This document shows, one piece after another, positions 1-9,739 of a stretch of 64,000 bases of DNA. The notes below the pieces were generated by a model, which saw only the letters and a program-made list of their open reading frames with translations, searched no databases and was not told the DNA's origin. Location: contig CBDANF010000003.1 in NCBI GenBank assembly GCA_965197475.1, positions 3,936,001 to 4,000,000 on the forward strand. The letters are read 5' to 3'. Numbering within the stretch: position 1 is the first letter of the stretch; each line of letters opens with the position of its first letter. Made by a program: the position numbers and the translations under genes. This stretch comes from Candidatus Poribacteria bacterium. GTDB taxonomy: Bacteria; Poribacteria; WGA-4E; WGA-3G.

Positions 1-71
1 ATAACTAATTAGTTGTCCGTTTGGTTAGTCTCTATTATACTTATTACAATCGGACAATAGGAGGCTAACTC

Positions 72-1019
72 ATGATAAGTTTTCAAGAACTAAGGGACAA
101 ACCTGATACGCTCCTGTCCCTCACCGGATATACCTTAGAAGATTGGACTGAACTATCACCTTATTTTACTAAATGTTTTTTAGAGTATGTTCAAACACAT
201 ACCCTTGCAGGAAAACCGCGCAAAAAACGGAGATATAAACCGTATAAAAATAGTCGTTTTGATACACCTGAAGATATGTTGCTATTTATACTGATTTACC
301 TTCGTGAAGCACCGAAACAAGTGCTATTCGGTGCGCTCTTTGGCATGTCTCAACCTCTTGCTAATAGATGGATTCACTTGCTTTTATCGATATTGAACAA
401 AGCATTAGCAGAACTTGGAGAGTTGCCATCTCGGGAAACAGACCCCGCACCTATATGTGCTCCATCAAAAGTATCAACTCAAAATCAAGAAGGAGAACAT
501 TTTTTTCATGATAGCACCGAACGCCCTATACGACGCCCAAAAGACCTGTCAACTCAAAAGGCGTATTATAGTGGTAAAAAGAAATGCCATACAGTGAAAA
601 ATAATCTGATTATCAATGAGGCCTGCAAAGTCGTCCTATTGACACCTTCTTTTGAAGGAAGACACCATGACAAACACATAGCCGATATGGTGGGCTATTG
701 TGTGCCACAGGGTAGCACATTGTCCCAAGATACCGGTTTTCAGGGTTTCGTTCTCCCGGATATAAACATCATTCAACCAAAGAAAAAACCGAGAGGTAGA
801 GAACGGACGAATGAAGAAAAAGAAAACAATAGAAAGATAGCGTCTATACGCATACGCGTTGAACATGCGATTAGTGGTGTCAAAAGATGCCGCATTGTCA
901 AAGATAAACTCAGGAATTGGAAGAAAGGGTTTTGTGATTTAGTTATGGAAACTTGTTGTGGTTTACACAACTTCCGACTAAACTTTAGACCCTGGCGTTA
1001 TGAAACTCCTGTTATTTAA
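72..1019 (+). mobile_element. IS5-like (DDE_Tnp_4 / HTH_Tnp_4 type) transposase
   Basis: 315 aa ORF with N-terminal HTH region (LLFILIYLR...FGMSQP), DSTERPIRRP, YYSGKKKCHT, QDTGFQG and RIRVEHAISGVKR motifs typical of this DDE family. GGAGG RBS upstream. Probable right end ...ATAATGTCTA near 1035; no matching left end seen in the window. Confidence 0.9.
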
Positions 1020-1066
1020 ATCATTATAATGTCTAATAGATATGCTTAAATAGGTGAACCCGGATT

Positions 1067-1406
1067 ATGAAGGAAAGTGATGTTATTCTTGCGCCGTTGT
1101 TCCAAGCTAATGAGGAGTTAAAGTATAGTCCTACAATTGTTCTGCAAGAAATGCCATGACCTTACCGTGACTTGCTTGTATGTGGTCTAAGGACAAGGTT
1201 GAATCAGTACATTCACGGATTTGATGAAATTATTTCACCGACTGATGCTGATTCGTATTAAGCGGTCTACGCTCGGAATCTCTGATTTGACTTAGTTTTC
1301 TGGTCGTGATCCCGCGTCGCCTGGTGCGTGGACAATCGGTAGCATTTCAGAAGAACGGTATAAACGTTTGTTGCAAAGGTTAGTTGATTATCTAACAAAC
1401 ATCTAA
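1067..1406 (+). pseudogene. PemK/MazF-family toxin pseudogene
   Basis: Manual translation gives MKESDVILAPLFQANEELKYSPTIVLQEMP*PYRDLLVCGLRT...FDEIISPTDAD / SGLRSESLI*LSFL / IGSISEERYKRLLQRLVDYL, a PemK-like pattern with stops at 1157 and 1288 and two frameshifts. Confidence 0.7.
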
Positions 1407-1426
1407 GGCGGATCTTCAAAGTATAC

Positions 1427-1556
1427 ATGTTGGGTTTTGATAACTCTACCCAACTTACGCACTTATACTGTGCGGATACTCTCAATCCTGAAAATCTGCA
1501 AATCCTGGTTCAGAAATAAAAAGTTTGGGTTTCACTGTCGCTCTACCCAACCTACG
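1427..1556. repeat. Two REP-like palindromic elements (TTGGGT...ACCCAAC(C/T)TAC family)
   Basis: GTTGGGTTTTGATAACTCTACCCAACTTAC (~1428-1458) and TTGGGTTTCACTGTCGCTCTACCCAACCTAC (~1525-1555); the same family recurs at ~19240-19270 and ~19500-19603. Confidence 0.7.
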
Positions 1557-1569
1557 TACTCTCGTTATT

Positions 1570-1826
1570 TTAAGTTATCAAGGCGATGATGGCAATAATC
1601 GCGGCACCGACAGCAGGACACACAGTAAGGACAGCCAACACTTTACTGCTGCCTTCTTGCTTACCTTCCAATTTCCCTTTTATCCACCCTACATCGCGTT
1701 CCAAAGCACCGACGCTGGTATCCAGAGAATTGAGACGTTTTCCACACGTGCGTTGTTTTCTCTTGCTTGTGTCTCAATCCGCGACAAGGATTCAAGTACT
1801 CTTTCTCGGAAATCTTGATCTGACAT
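1570..1826 (-). pseudogene. Small coiled-coil protein with C-terminal membrane anchor, single-base frameshift
   Basis: MSDQDFRERVLESLSRIETQARENNARVE joins KRLNSLDTSVGALERDVGWIKGKLEG...AVGAAIIAIIALIT* if one A is added to the A4 run (T run at 1738-1741 on +). AGGAAG upstream of the start. Confidence 0.55.
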
Positions 1827-1901
1827 TCAATTCTTCCTGTGTGCAGTGTCCGTACAGAATAGCATACGCGCATGCATAAGTCAAGTAAGCCTTGACATAA
1901 G

Positions 1902-2022
1902 CAGGGTTATTTAGTTCTCCGAATATTTAGATTTTCAATTTAAGACTTTCCGCTGTAGGAGCGATCTCCGAATCGCGACTTTTCGGATAAACTGGACAAA
2001 AGTCTAAAACTAAATAGCCCTG
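1902..2022. mobile_element. MITE-like element with CAGGG termini enclosing a GTAG-type REP
   Basis: CAGGGTTATTTAGTT (1902-1916) and AACTAAATAGCCCTG (2008-2022) are 14/15 inverted repeats; internal GTAGGAGCGATCTCCGAATCGCGAC. Confidence 0.6.
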
Positions 2023-2205
2023 GTTCCAACGCCTACAACTTGACCCTAATACGGTTTTCGTGTATGATTATCTCATCTGTTCAGAATTAACACGTTTTAG
2101 GCAAAGTTGTATCATCTATTGCTACTAAATGATATAAAAATGTTACCATATCTGTTTATGTGGTGTCAAATTCAATGGAAGCGACTGTTTCCTATGGAGG
2201 ATTAT

Positions 2206-2775
2206 ATGTTTGATCAGGTATTACAAGAGGTTGAGGCACAGTGTAGGGAAGAGAGAATTCCGATGTTAGGACCCGAAAAGGCAAAATTTCTCGCTGACTG
2301 TGTAGAGAAGGCGAAGCCATCACTGATTGTTGAATGCGGAACTGCTATCGGATATTCCGGTTTGTGGATGTTGCGGGTGTTAAGGGCTGCAGGTACTGGT
2401 CGTTTGATAACAATTGAAATTGATGCAAACCGTGCTAATCAAGCACGCGGCAATTTTGAACGTGCTGGTTTAGCTGATCTTGTTGACTCTCGCATAGGTG
2501 ATGCGCAAGAGGTACTCAAAAGCATCCAAGAACCTGTGGATTTTCTACTTCTTGACAATAATTTCGATAATTATTTCCCATGTTTTCAGGCGATTGAATC
2601 ACAATTGACAAATCCGGCAACCGTATTAGCGGACAACGTTGGGATCGGTGCAGATTCTATGGCGGATTACCTTGAACACGTCCGCGCCCGCTATGAATGC
2701 GAAACGCATTGGTTTGACATTGATCTGCCTTGGGTAAAACAAGATGCCATTGAGGTGAGTATCTATCGCCGTTAA
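2206..2775 (+). CDS. Class I SAM-dependent O-methyltransferase (Methyltransf_3 / YrrM-like)
   Basis: IVECGTAIGYSG SAM motif, ITIEID, GDAQE, DFLLLD, ADNV. Start set at ATG 2206 after GGAGG. Confidence 0.85.
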   Translation: MFDQVLQEVEAQCREERIPMLGPEKAKFLADCVEKAKPSLIVECGTAIGYSGLWMLRVLRAAGTGRLITIEIDANRANQARGNFERAGLADLVDSRIGDAQEVLKSIQEPVDFLLLDNNFDNYFPCFQAIESQLTNPATVLADNVGIGADSMADYLEHVRARYECETHWFDIDLPWVKQDAIEVSIYRR

Positions 2776-2798
2776 AAATAATATCGTTAGGAGGTCCA

Positions 2799-5468
2799 AT
2801 GACATATAATTTTACTAATGTTGCGCGGTTACCTTCAGCAGGTGATAACGTCGCTATTGCTACGCAAAGATTAGATGCAGGCATACAGATTCGGCACAAT
2901 AGCGAACAGTTTTCTTTATCTCACACCGTGTTAGAAGGGCATCGATTTGCCCTCCAACCGATTACAGAGGGTGATCCGCTACTGTCTTGGGGATTGCCTT
3001 TTGGTTATGCGTCACGTTCTATTGCTTCTGGCAATTATGTATGCAATCAGAAGATGATCGATTCATTGTCGATTAGAAATCTGAATTTTGAGTTGCCAGC
3101 TAGTCCGAACTTTACTGATATGATGGTGCCTTATACGTTAGATGAAACAGAATTTAGTCCGGGGAAACAGGTGGAATGTTATGCAGAAGATCGCCAATTT
3201 CTCGGCTATCAACGTCTTGGAAATCGAGGGGTTGGAACACGGAACTATATCGTTGTGATGGGCACGACAGCACGCACCTCTGGCTTTGCAAGAAGGCTTG
3301 CAGACGAGTGTTCGGGAAGTGCAGAAAGATTTTCTAACATAGACGGTATCGTTTCTGTGACTCATACTGAAGGTGGAGAGGGAAATACTCCAAATAATGT
3401 GGATATGCTGCTTCGGACGCTTGCTGGTTTTACGGTGCATCCAAATATCGGTGCGATCCTTCTTGTTGACTACGGCGATGAAGCGGTCACAAACGAGATG
3501 CTCAAAGAATATATGCTGCGCGGAGGGTATGAACTTGATAATGTGATACATGATTTCTTTAGGATTGCAGGTAGTTTTGATGCAAACTTGGTTCAAGGCA
3601 CTGAGATAATTAATGGGTGGTTAGATTCCGTTAATAGTGTTTCACGTAGCGAACAGTCTTTGGAAAATCTCAAAATAGCGTTGCAATGTGGCGGTTCGGA
3701 TGCCTTTTCGGGTGTGTCTGGGAATCCACTGGCGGCTTATGTTGCGATGGAGGTCATCCGTTATGGCGGATGTGCTAATCTCGCAGAAACGGATGAGCTC
3801 ATCGGTGCGGAGGCGTATCTTTTGCAAAACGTTCGCGACCTGCCGACAGCACAGAAATTCCTCAGTACAGTAGAAAAATTTAAGGAACGGGTCGGATGGC
3901 ATGGGCATTCTGCAGAAGGGAATCCGTCTGGTGGGAATAATTTTCGGGGTCTCTATAACATTGCCATAAAGTCAATCGGTGCAGCGATGAAGCGACACCC
4001 TGATGTCTGTCTTGACTACGTCATCAATTATAGTGAATTGATGGACAAACCGGGATACTATTTTATGGATAGTCCGGGCAACGATTTAGAAAGTATCGCG
4101 GGGCAGGTTGCGTCTGGATCAAATATGATTTTCTTTGTTACAGGCAACGGTTCGATTACAAATTTTCCGTTCGTGCCGACGATTAAGATTGTCACCACGA
4201 CTGGTCGATATAAGATGCTTGAAATGGATATGGATGTGAATGCTGGGGCTTATCTCAATGGAACACCGATGGACCAGCTTGGTGAAGAGATGCTTGATCT
4301 GACGGTGAATGTCGCATCAGGTGAGCGTTCGGTAGGAGAAAAGGCGGGACATTCCCAAGTTTCGCTGTGGCGTGATTGGAAACAGACAGGCCCTACGGAT
4401 TTATCGCCTGCGCTTGAGGCATCAGCGGTTAAATCTGGGGAACCCGTGCCGATTAAATTAGCGGAAGAAAGCAAGATTTCTACAGCTGCATACACTTTTC
4501 AGGCTTTTCAGACAGCAGACGGGTGTCGTAGCGATCAACTCGCGCTTATCTTGCCGACAAGCCTCTGTTCTGGTCAGATTGCACAGATGATTGCGCACCA
4601 ATGCAACGAACACAGGATCGGAAAATCGCAAGGAATATCCCGTTTTGTAGCACTTGCACATACGGAAGGATGTGGTGTTTCAAGCGGACGTTCCGAAGAG
4701 ATATACACCCGCACCATGATCGGACACCTGACACATCCGACGGTAGCACTTGGTTTGCTACTTGAGCACGGTTGTGAAAAGACGCACAATGACCACGTCC
4801 GACATGAAATTCAGAAACTGGGTATTTCACCTGAATGCTACGGTTGGGCAAGTGTGCAATTAGATGGTGGAATTGATGCGGTAATTGAGAAGGTACACAA
4901 TTGGTTTGCAGATGAACTGGCTGATAAACCTTCCGTTCCAATTATTGATGCTGGGTTAGAACACCTCTGTATAGCGGTTACTTCAACCGGCGAGGCGACT
5001 GAGCCTGTTTCGCAGTCCCTCATGCGATTGACAGATGCCATTGTTACCGCAGGTGGAACGGTAGTTGTTCCCTCAAATGCCACGTTCTTGACGGAATCTT
5101 TAGCTTCCTCATTAACTTTGGCTTATGGGCAAAAAGTTGAAAAGGCAGGTTTCCACATCATGGAGACCCCCACCGATCAACCGACAGAGATATTGACAGG
5201 TTTAGGCGCGACGGGTGTAGGACTTGCACTTGCGCATATCGTTGGGGCACCGCTGCAATCACATGTGATGGTGCCACTGATTCAAGCTTCTACGGATTCT
5301 AATACGCAAACTAACTTTGGTGCAGATTTGGATTTGACATCTGTTGATGTTGACGAGATGTTAACGTTGATTGTGGAGGTGGCTTCGCGTCGGTATACTC
5401 CAAAGTTGCACGGCAAAGGAAATACAGATTTTCAGCTGACGCGGGGATTGTTAGGGGTTTCCATGTAA
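2799..5468 (+). CDS. UxaA/GarD/SuyB-family dehydratase-like protein with SAF domain and duplicated catalytic region
   Basis: N-terminal SAF (DNVAIA...GHRFAL), GVGTRNYIVV, LQCGGSDAFSGVSGNP, GNPSGGN, MDSPGND, FVTGNGS, followed by a second partial copy (PTSLCS, HTEGCG, EHGCE). Confidence 0.85.
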   Translation: MTYNFTNVARLPSAGDNVAIATQRLDAGIQIRHNSEQFSLSHTVLEGHRFALQPITEGDPLLSWGLPFGYASRSIASGNYVCNQKMIDSLSIRNLNFELPASPNFTDMMVPYTLDETEFSPGKQVECYAEDRQFLGYQRLGNRGVGTRNYIVVMGTTARTSGFARRLADECSGSAERFSNIDGIVSVTHTEGGEGNTPNNVDMLLRTLAGFTVHPNIGAILLVDYGDEAVTNEMLKEYMLRGGYELDNVIHDFFRIAGSFDANLVQGTEIINGWLDSVNSVSRSEQSLENLKIALQCGGSDAFSGVSGNPLAAYVAMEVIRYGGCANLAETDELIGAEAYLLQNVRDLPTAQKFLSTVEKFKERVGWHGHSAEGNPSGGNNFRGLYNIAIKSIGAAMKRHPDVCLDYVINYSELMDKPGYYFMDSPGNDLESIAGQVASGSNMIFFVTGNGSITNFPFVPTIKIVTTTGRYKMLEMDMDVNAGAYLNGTPMDQLGEEMLDLTVNVASGERSVGEKAGHSQVSLWRDWKQTGPTDLSPALEASAVKSGEPVPIKLAEESKISTAAYTFQAFQTADGCRSDQLALILPTSLCSGQIAQMIAHQCNEHRIGKSQGISRFVALAHTEGCGVSSGRSEEIYTRTMIGHLTHPTVALGLLLEHGCEKTHNDHVRHEIQKLGISPECYGWASVQLDGGIDAVIEKVHNWFADELADKPSVPIIDAGLEHLCIAVTSTGEATEPVSQSLMRLTDAIVTAGGTVVVPSNATFLTESLASSLTLAYGQKVEKAGFHIMETPTDQPTEILTGLGATGVGLALAHIVGAPLQSHVMVPLIQASTDSNTQTNFGADLDLTSVDVDEMLTLIVEVASRRYTPKLHGKGNTDFQLTRGLLGVSM

Positions 5469-5509
5469 TGCCTGCAGAGTTTCTTGTAAAGTGGATTGGA
5501 TACTTCATT

Positions 5510-6213
5510 AGAGCCATTCAATTTTCGGTATTTATTCCGATAAGTTTAAGTACTTGGTCTGGGTGTGCGGCGAAATATCGGAGTGCGTATGCTATTTTTG
5601 TGTATCCAGAGACACGCAAAAGACTGAACACCACATTTCATAATGCACACATTACTTGTGGAATACTACCACACCACCCTTGCGAAGCATGTTCACCAAA
5701 CAACATATTGCGGGTGTGATGCGCCAAGCTTTCTATTGCCCAATGTCCACGCCGTAGTGTCAAAAGTCGTGCTGCAGAGCCGTCTTCTGTGGCAGACTTG
5801 TTATCCGATATTGTATCCAAGTGTTGTTTTCCTGTGCGGGTATGCGTGCGTTCGCATCGGTATTGATACAAAGATGTTTTTTTGTGTGTGAACCCAAGTG
5901 CCCGGGCGAGTGCGGGTGATAAGTGCGCCCCTATTGTGCGATAGCACTAACTACGATAACCCCACAGTATTGCGACAACCGTAAGACCTAAATGGCAGAG
6001 AGCGGATGGCGTTTGCCTCGTGGATAGCGTAAATCTGGAACTTCTGCTAACATTTCAAGTAGATGGCGAGACTTTGGTTTTGTCATTGTTCACCTCAAAT
6101 GATTTTAGGGTAATCTTTACGGTGAAGTCCATCATGTGTGGCGTGAAATGTCATGCCACACATGATTATTACCTACACATACATTGATATGTTTTCGAAA
6201 ACTGAATGGCTCT
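5510..6213 (-). mobile_element. Internally deleted ISAs1-family element with transposase pseudogene (5518-6086)
   Basis: 17/18 terminal inverted repeats at 5510-5527 and 6196-6213. Minus-strand fragments MTKPKSRHLLEMLAEVPDLRYPRGKRHPLSAI (DDE_Tnp_1_assoc) and RGHWAIESLAHHTRNMLFGEH, broken by stops and frameshifts; the central part is missing. Confidence 0.8.
6131..6166. other. 16-bp stem hairpin upstream of the ISAs1 transposase remnant
   Basis: ATCATGTGTGGCGTGA-AATG-TCATGCCACACATGAT. Confidence 0.6.
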
Positions 6214-6433
6214 GTGATCAATGGGGTGTGTAAAGTTTTGTCAATTGTCTGAATAGCGGATTTGCACGGATTACGCGGATTTTTGTTCAAATCAACCTAC
6301 AGTTCTATTGACAAAAGCTAATTGAATTTGAATCACAATCGGGCTTAGCGATAATTTAATGGTCTGATTGGTACAGTAAAAGCATTTGACAAAATGGTGA
6401 ATTTTTGTAACAATAAAAATGGAGGAATTATTT

Positions 6434-7186
6434 ATGAAATTTGCTCGATATGATTTGAATGGAACAATTGGATACGGTATTGTTACTGGAAATAGTTTGC
6501 GAACGTTGGATGGATGCCCGTTTACGGACTATAGTGAAACTGGAGATACCGTCGCTTTAGAAGACGTGAAACTACTTGCCCCGACAACACCGTCAAAGGT
6601 GTTAGCCGTTGGTTTGAATTATCGAAGCCACTTGGGGGATGCACCGGAGCCTAAAAATCCGGAAATCTTTATCAAAACACCATCGTGTATTAATAATCCG
6701 GAGGGTAATATTGTGCTTCCTGAAGGTGATGATGATGATGTGCATGCAGAAGGCGAATTAGTGGTGATAATTAAGGAACGGACGTGTAAAGCAACCCCTG
6801 CTGAAGCGGAAGCAAATATCTTGGGCGTAACCTGTGGGAACGATGTCAGTGCTCGTACATGGCAGAAAAACGATTTGCAATGGTGGCGTGCTAAAGCGTC
6901 TGATACCTTTGGACCAATGGGGCCAGTTATTGCTACAGATGTTGAGTATGGGGACCTACAATTAGAAACCCGTATCAACGGGAACGCGGTTCAGTCTCAA
7001 ACCACCGGTGACCTCATTTTTCCTGTGCCAGTGATTGTTAGTTTCATCTCGCAAGCGATAACTTTAGAGCCAGGTGATGCGGTTTACACTGGTACACCGG
7101 GCACAACAACTGCGTTGAAAGATGGCGATGTAGTTGAAGTTGAGATTGAGGGGATTGGCGTTTTGCGCAATACTGTTGTGGTGTAG
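6434..7186 (+). CDS. Fumarylacetoacetate hydrolase family protein
   Basis: KVLAVGLNYRSH, EGEL, GNDVSAR, KASDTFGPMGP, TGTPG motifs; GGAGG RBS. Confidence 0.92.
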   Translation: MKFARYDLNGTIGYGIVTGNSLRTLDGCPFTDYSETGDTVALEDVKLLAPTTPSKVLAVGLNYRSHLGDAPEPKNPEIFIKTPSCINNPEGNIVLPEGDDDDVHAEGELVVIIKERTCKATPAEAEANILGVTCGNDVSARTWQKNDLQWWRAKASDTFGPMGPVIATDVEYGDLQLETRINGNAVQSQTTGDLIFPVPVIVSFISQAITLEPGDAVYTGTPGTTTALKDGDVVEVEIEGIGVLRNTVVV

Positions 7187-7234
7187 GTGTTACGCTGAAA
7201 ACAAATTAAAATTAAGGTATAGCATTTACGTAAA

Positions 7235-7274
7235 TTCGGTGTTGTGTGCCGCACATTAGCACACAACACCGAAA
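7235..7274. terminator. Hairpin between convergent genes, probable bidirectional terminator
   Basis: TTCGGTGTTGTGTGC ... GCACACAACACCGAA inverted repeat between the FAH and PhyH stops. Confidence 0.7.
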
Positions 7275-7306
7275 CGTGCTTACTACTTATTTTACTGAAG
7301 CGACAC

Positions 7307-8128
7307 TTAGGATGCCATCTGTGCAGCGAACGTGAGTTCCGTTTTTCCGTTTAATCCTGCTACAACAGGGAAGGTGCGCTCCCCTTTTCCATCTTTTGTA
7401 ACATATCTGACTTCTGGTGAGAAATAAGCGTATAGCGCGGTGTTTCTCGGATTAGGTGTTGTGTTAGGACCAGAACCGTGCACCATGAGGCTATGGAAAA
7501 ACAGCGCACTGCCTCCGGAAAGTGGTACATCCATCTGCTGTTTTGCAACCTCCTCCCGATCAGTGAGTTCTGCGTCTTGTTGCCGGGCAATTCCGCCCCA
7601 CTCTTGAACGCCCCATAGATGGCTTCGCGGAATGACTTTAAAACAACCGTTCTCTGGTGTAGCATCGTTAAGGGAAATGCTGACCGTGACTAACCTCGGT
7701 GGTTCCATTGGCCAATATGCTGAATCCTGGTGCAGCCCATGTGATGAACCGTGGAAAGCGGGTTTGAACATTAAGGTGCTTCTAAAGAGGAGCAGGTCTT
7801 CTCCGAGAAGGTTTTGGAGTACTGCAATAAGGTTCGGATGTTGTGCCAAATTCTGAAATACTTCTGAATACTGGCGCGTATTTTCCGCTTTACGTAGCAC
7901 GGGTAATCTATCGCCTTGCGTTTCGTCTTTTGCGAAAGGTTCGCGTTGTACGTGTCTACGTGCGATGTCTGCCCGTTCCTTTTCTGCCTCCGATTCCTGA
8001 CCTGCAGCAAATTGATGTAGCAGTTGAATCTCTGCTTGACATTCTTCCACCTCTGTAGATGATAATAGATTTTCAACAATGAGATAGCCTTCCCTTTCAA
8101 AAAAGGCTTTCTGAGTATTCTTACCCAT
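7307..8128 (-). CDS. Phytanoyl-CoA dioxygenase (PhyH) family Fe(II)/2OG dioxygenase
   Basis: FFEREGYL, HQDSAYW (HxD), ENGCFKVIPRSH, HGSGPN, R motif. Start at MGKNTQ directly after the upstream stop. Confidence 0.9.
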   Translation of the reverse strand: MGKNTQKAFFEREGYLIVENLLSSTEVEECQAEIQLLHQFAAGQESEAEKERADIARRHVQREPFAKDETQGDRLPVLRKAENTRQYSEVFQNLAQHPNLIAVLQNLLGEDLLLFRSTLMFKPAFHGSSHGLHQDSAYWPMEPPRLVTVSISLNDATPENGCFKVIPRSHLWGVQEWGGIARQQDAELTDREEVAKQQMDVPLSGGSALFFHSLMVHGSGPNTTPNPRNTALYAYFSPEVRYVTKDGKGERTFPVVAGLNGKTELTFAAQMAS

Positions 8129-8129
8129 T

Positions 8130-9560
8130 TTATCCTCCGATGAATCGTTTAATTTCCCATATAATACTTGAAATAGCAAACCCGACATAAACAGCTGAGG
8201 CAATGAACATCATTATAGTTGAAATGGTTTTAGGTTTAGCAAACTTAGGTAAAAATCGGTAGTTCATATAGAGCGTAAGCGGGACATAGAGAGCCATAGC
8301 GAAACCACCCATATAGGCGGCATTAAAAAGAAACCCAAGCTCACTGACGTTTAACTGTTCCATCACAAAAGTTATCACACATCCGCCAACAATCCAGATG
8401 CCTACTATGAGGAGATACCACCAGCTCAAAGTGCGTTTTTTGGCACCTTTGAAGTTTGTGTAGATAATGTCCGAAATAGAACGTCCGACGCCATCTACCA
8501 ATGCCAGTTGTGTCCCGAAAAGCGTTGCCACGCCGACGAGTAAAAAGATAAACTGTCCGGGCATTCCCCAGATACCTTTTAATATGTTTGCTTCGTCGTA
8601 GATGAGTTGCCCTTTTTCTGGAACAATGCCTTGTGGGTGTAGGACTGCGAGAGCTCCAAAAATGAACAGCATGATAGTGATGGTATTGAGTGCCCAAAAG
8701 AAGATTATTTGGTCCTGCTTGATGTATTTCCACCATGCAGAAAAGCGTCGTTGGTTTTCTTCTGTCTCTTCACACATAAAACCAGTAGAAGAAATTGTTT
8801 CGTCGCGCCCACGGAGCGGGTTGAGTAGCGATGGCAATCGTGCGCCCATCCCGATATTTTTATCACGCAGATAGAACGTATAGAATAGGTTGGCAGTTCC
8901 GCCAGCACCAGCGAAAACGATAGCAATAAAGAGTCTTTTGACAGTCATTCCTTCAGCGATATACCCGACGTTAATTATACCAGAACCCAACTCTTTCCAT
9001 GTATCAAGCGAACCTACGGCGATGACGACAAGGATAAGCCCAATCGTGACAATTGCGACGAGCAGTTCGACTGTTCTTTCAACAGATTGATAGACCATTT
9101 TTGGACCGAAGAGAATTAGGGCAACAGCTGCGAATGTAACAACTGTCCAGAAGGTATCTGAACCCCAACCGCCAGGACCAATCAGGAGTGCTTTGAGGGC
9201 GAGTCCTGATGCACGTGCCCAACCGGGGGCAAGCCAACCTACAACAGTGAGTAAAATGAAAATGGGTCCAAAACCTCGCCAAATACGGCTATAGCCAGTG
9301 TATACGGTTTCGCCTGTTGCGATTGTCCATCTGCCGACCTCAAAGTTGATCCAGAGTTGGAGAAATACGCCGAGGACAGCTGCCCAGACCATGCTGCCGC
9401 CATGTTCCGCGGCGATTAGGGGCCAAATTATAATTTCACCCGCACCAATAGACAAACCGACTAAGATAGCACCAGGTCCTGCTATCTTCCAGAAAGGCAT
9501 CTCTTTTTCAGGTAGATCAACAGTTTTAAAGTCATCAAGTGGTTCATAAATTTTAGACAT
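8130..9560 (-). CDS. NRAMP-like (APC superfamily) membrane transporter
   Basis: GPGAILVGLSIGAGE N-terminal motif, RWTIATGE, about 11 hydrophobic segments. Confidence 0.8.
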   Translation of the reverse strand: MSKIYEPLDDFKTVDLPEKEMPFWKIAGPGAILVGLSIGAGEIIIWPLIAAEHGGSMVWAAVLGVFLQLWINFEVGRWTIATGETVYTGYSRIWRGFGPIFILLTVVGWLAPGWARASGLALKALLIGPGGWGSDTFWTVVTFAAVALILFGPKMVYQSVERTVELLVAIVTIGLILVVIAVGSLDTWKELGSGIINVGYIAEGMTVKRLFIAIVFAGAGGTANLFYTFYLRDKNIGMGARLPSLLNPLRGRDETISSTGFMCEETEENQRRFSAWWKYIKQDQIIFFWALNTITIMLFIFGALAVLHPQGIVPEKGQLIYDEANILKGIWGMPGQFIFLLVGVATLFGTQLALVDGVGRSISDIIYTNFKGAKKRTLSWWYLLIVGIWIVGGCVITFVMEQLNVSELGFLFNAAYMGGFAMALYVPLTLYMNYRFLPKFAKPKTISTIMMFIASAVYVGFAISSIIWEIKRFIGG

Positions 9561-9597
9561 TCTTCATCTCCTCACATAAACACGAGGCATATACCTT

Positions 9598-9739
9598 ATA
9601 TCAAATTAACTTGGTTTATCTCATTTTTCTTGGTATTAGGTGCGGTTTCTAAGCGCACCGAGCGTTGCTAGAAAATTACCGAATTATTTTTTATCTTCAT
9701 GAAACCGTGCCTACCGAGTGGGATCAAGTTAATTGGTAT
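9598..9739. mobile_element. MITE-like element enclosing REP hairpins
   Basis: ATATCAAATTAACTTG (9598-9613) vs CAAGTTAATTGGTAT (9725-9739) imperfect inverted ends; internal GGTGCGGTTTCTAAGCGCACC hairpin. The same left end recurs at 17590-17605. Confidence 0.55.

Noticed and set aside
25-45. Left inverted repeat of the IS5-like element
   Set aside because: Similarity to the right end (TAGACATTATAAT) is too weak; the true left end is probably upstream of the window.
1157-1159. TGA recoding (selenocysteine or alternative code) in the PemK-like frame
   Set aside because: The frame also has frameshifts, and TGA is a normal stop in intact genes here such as rplK and hemE.
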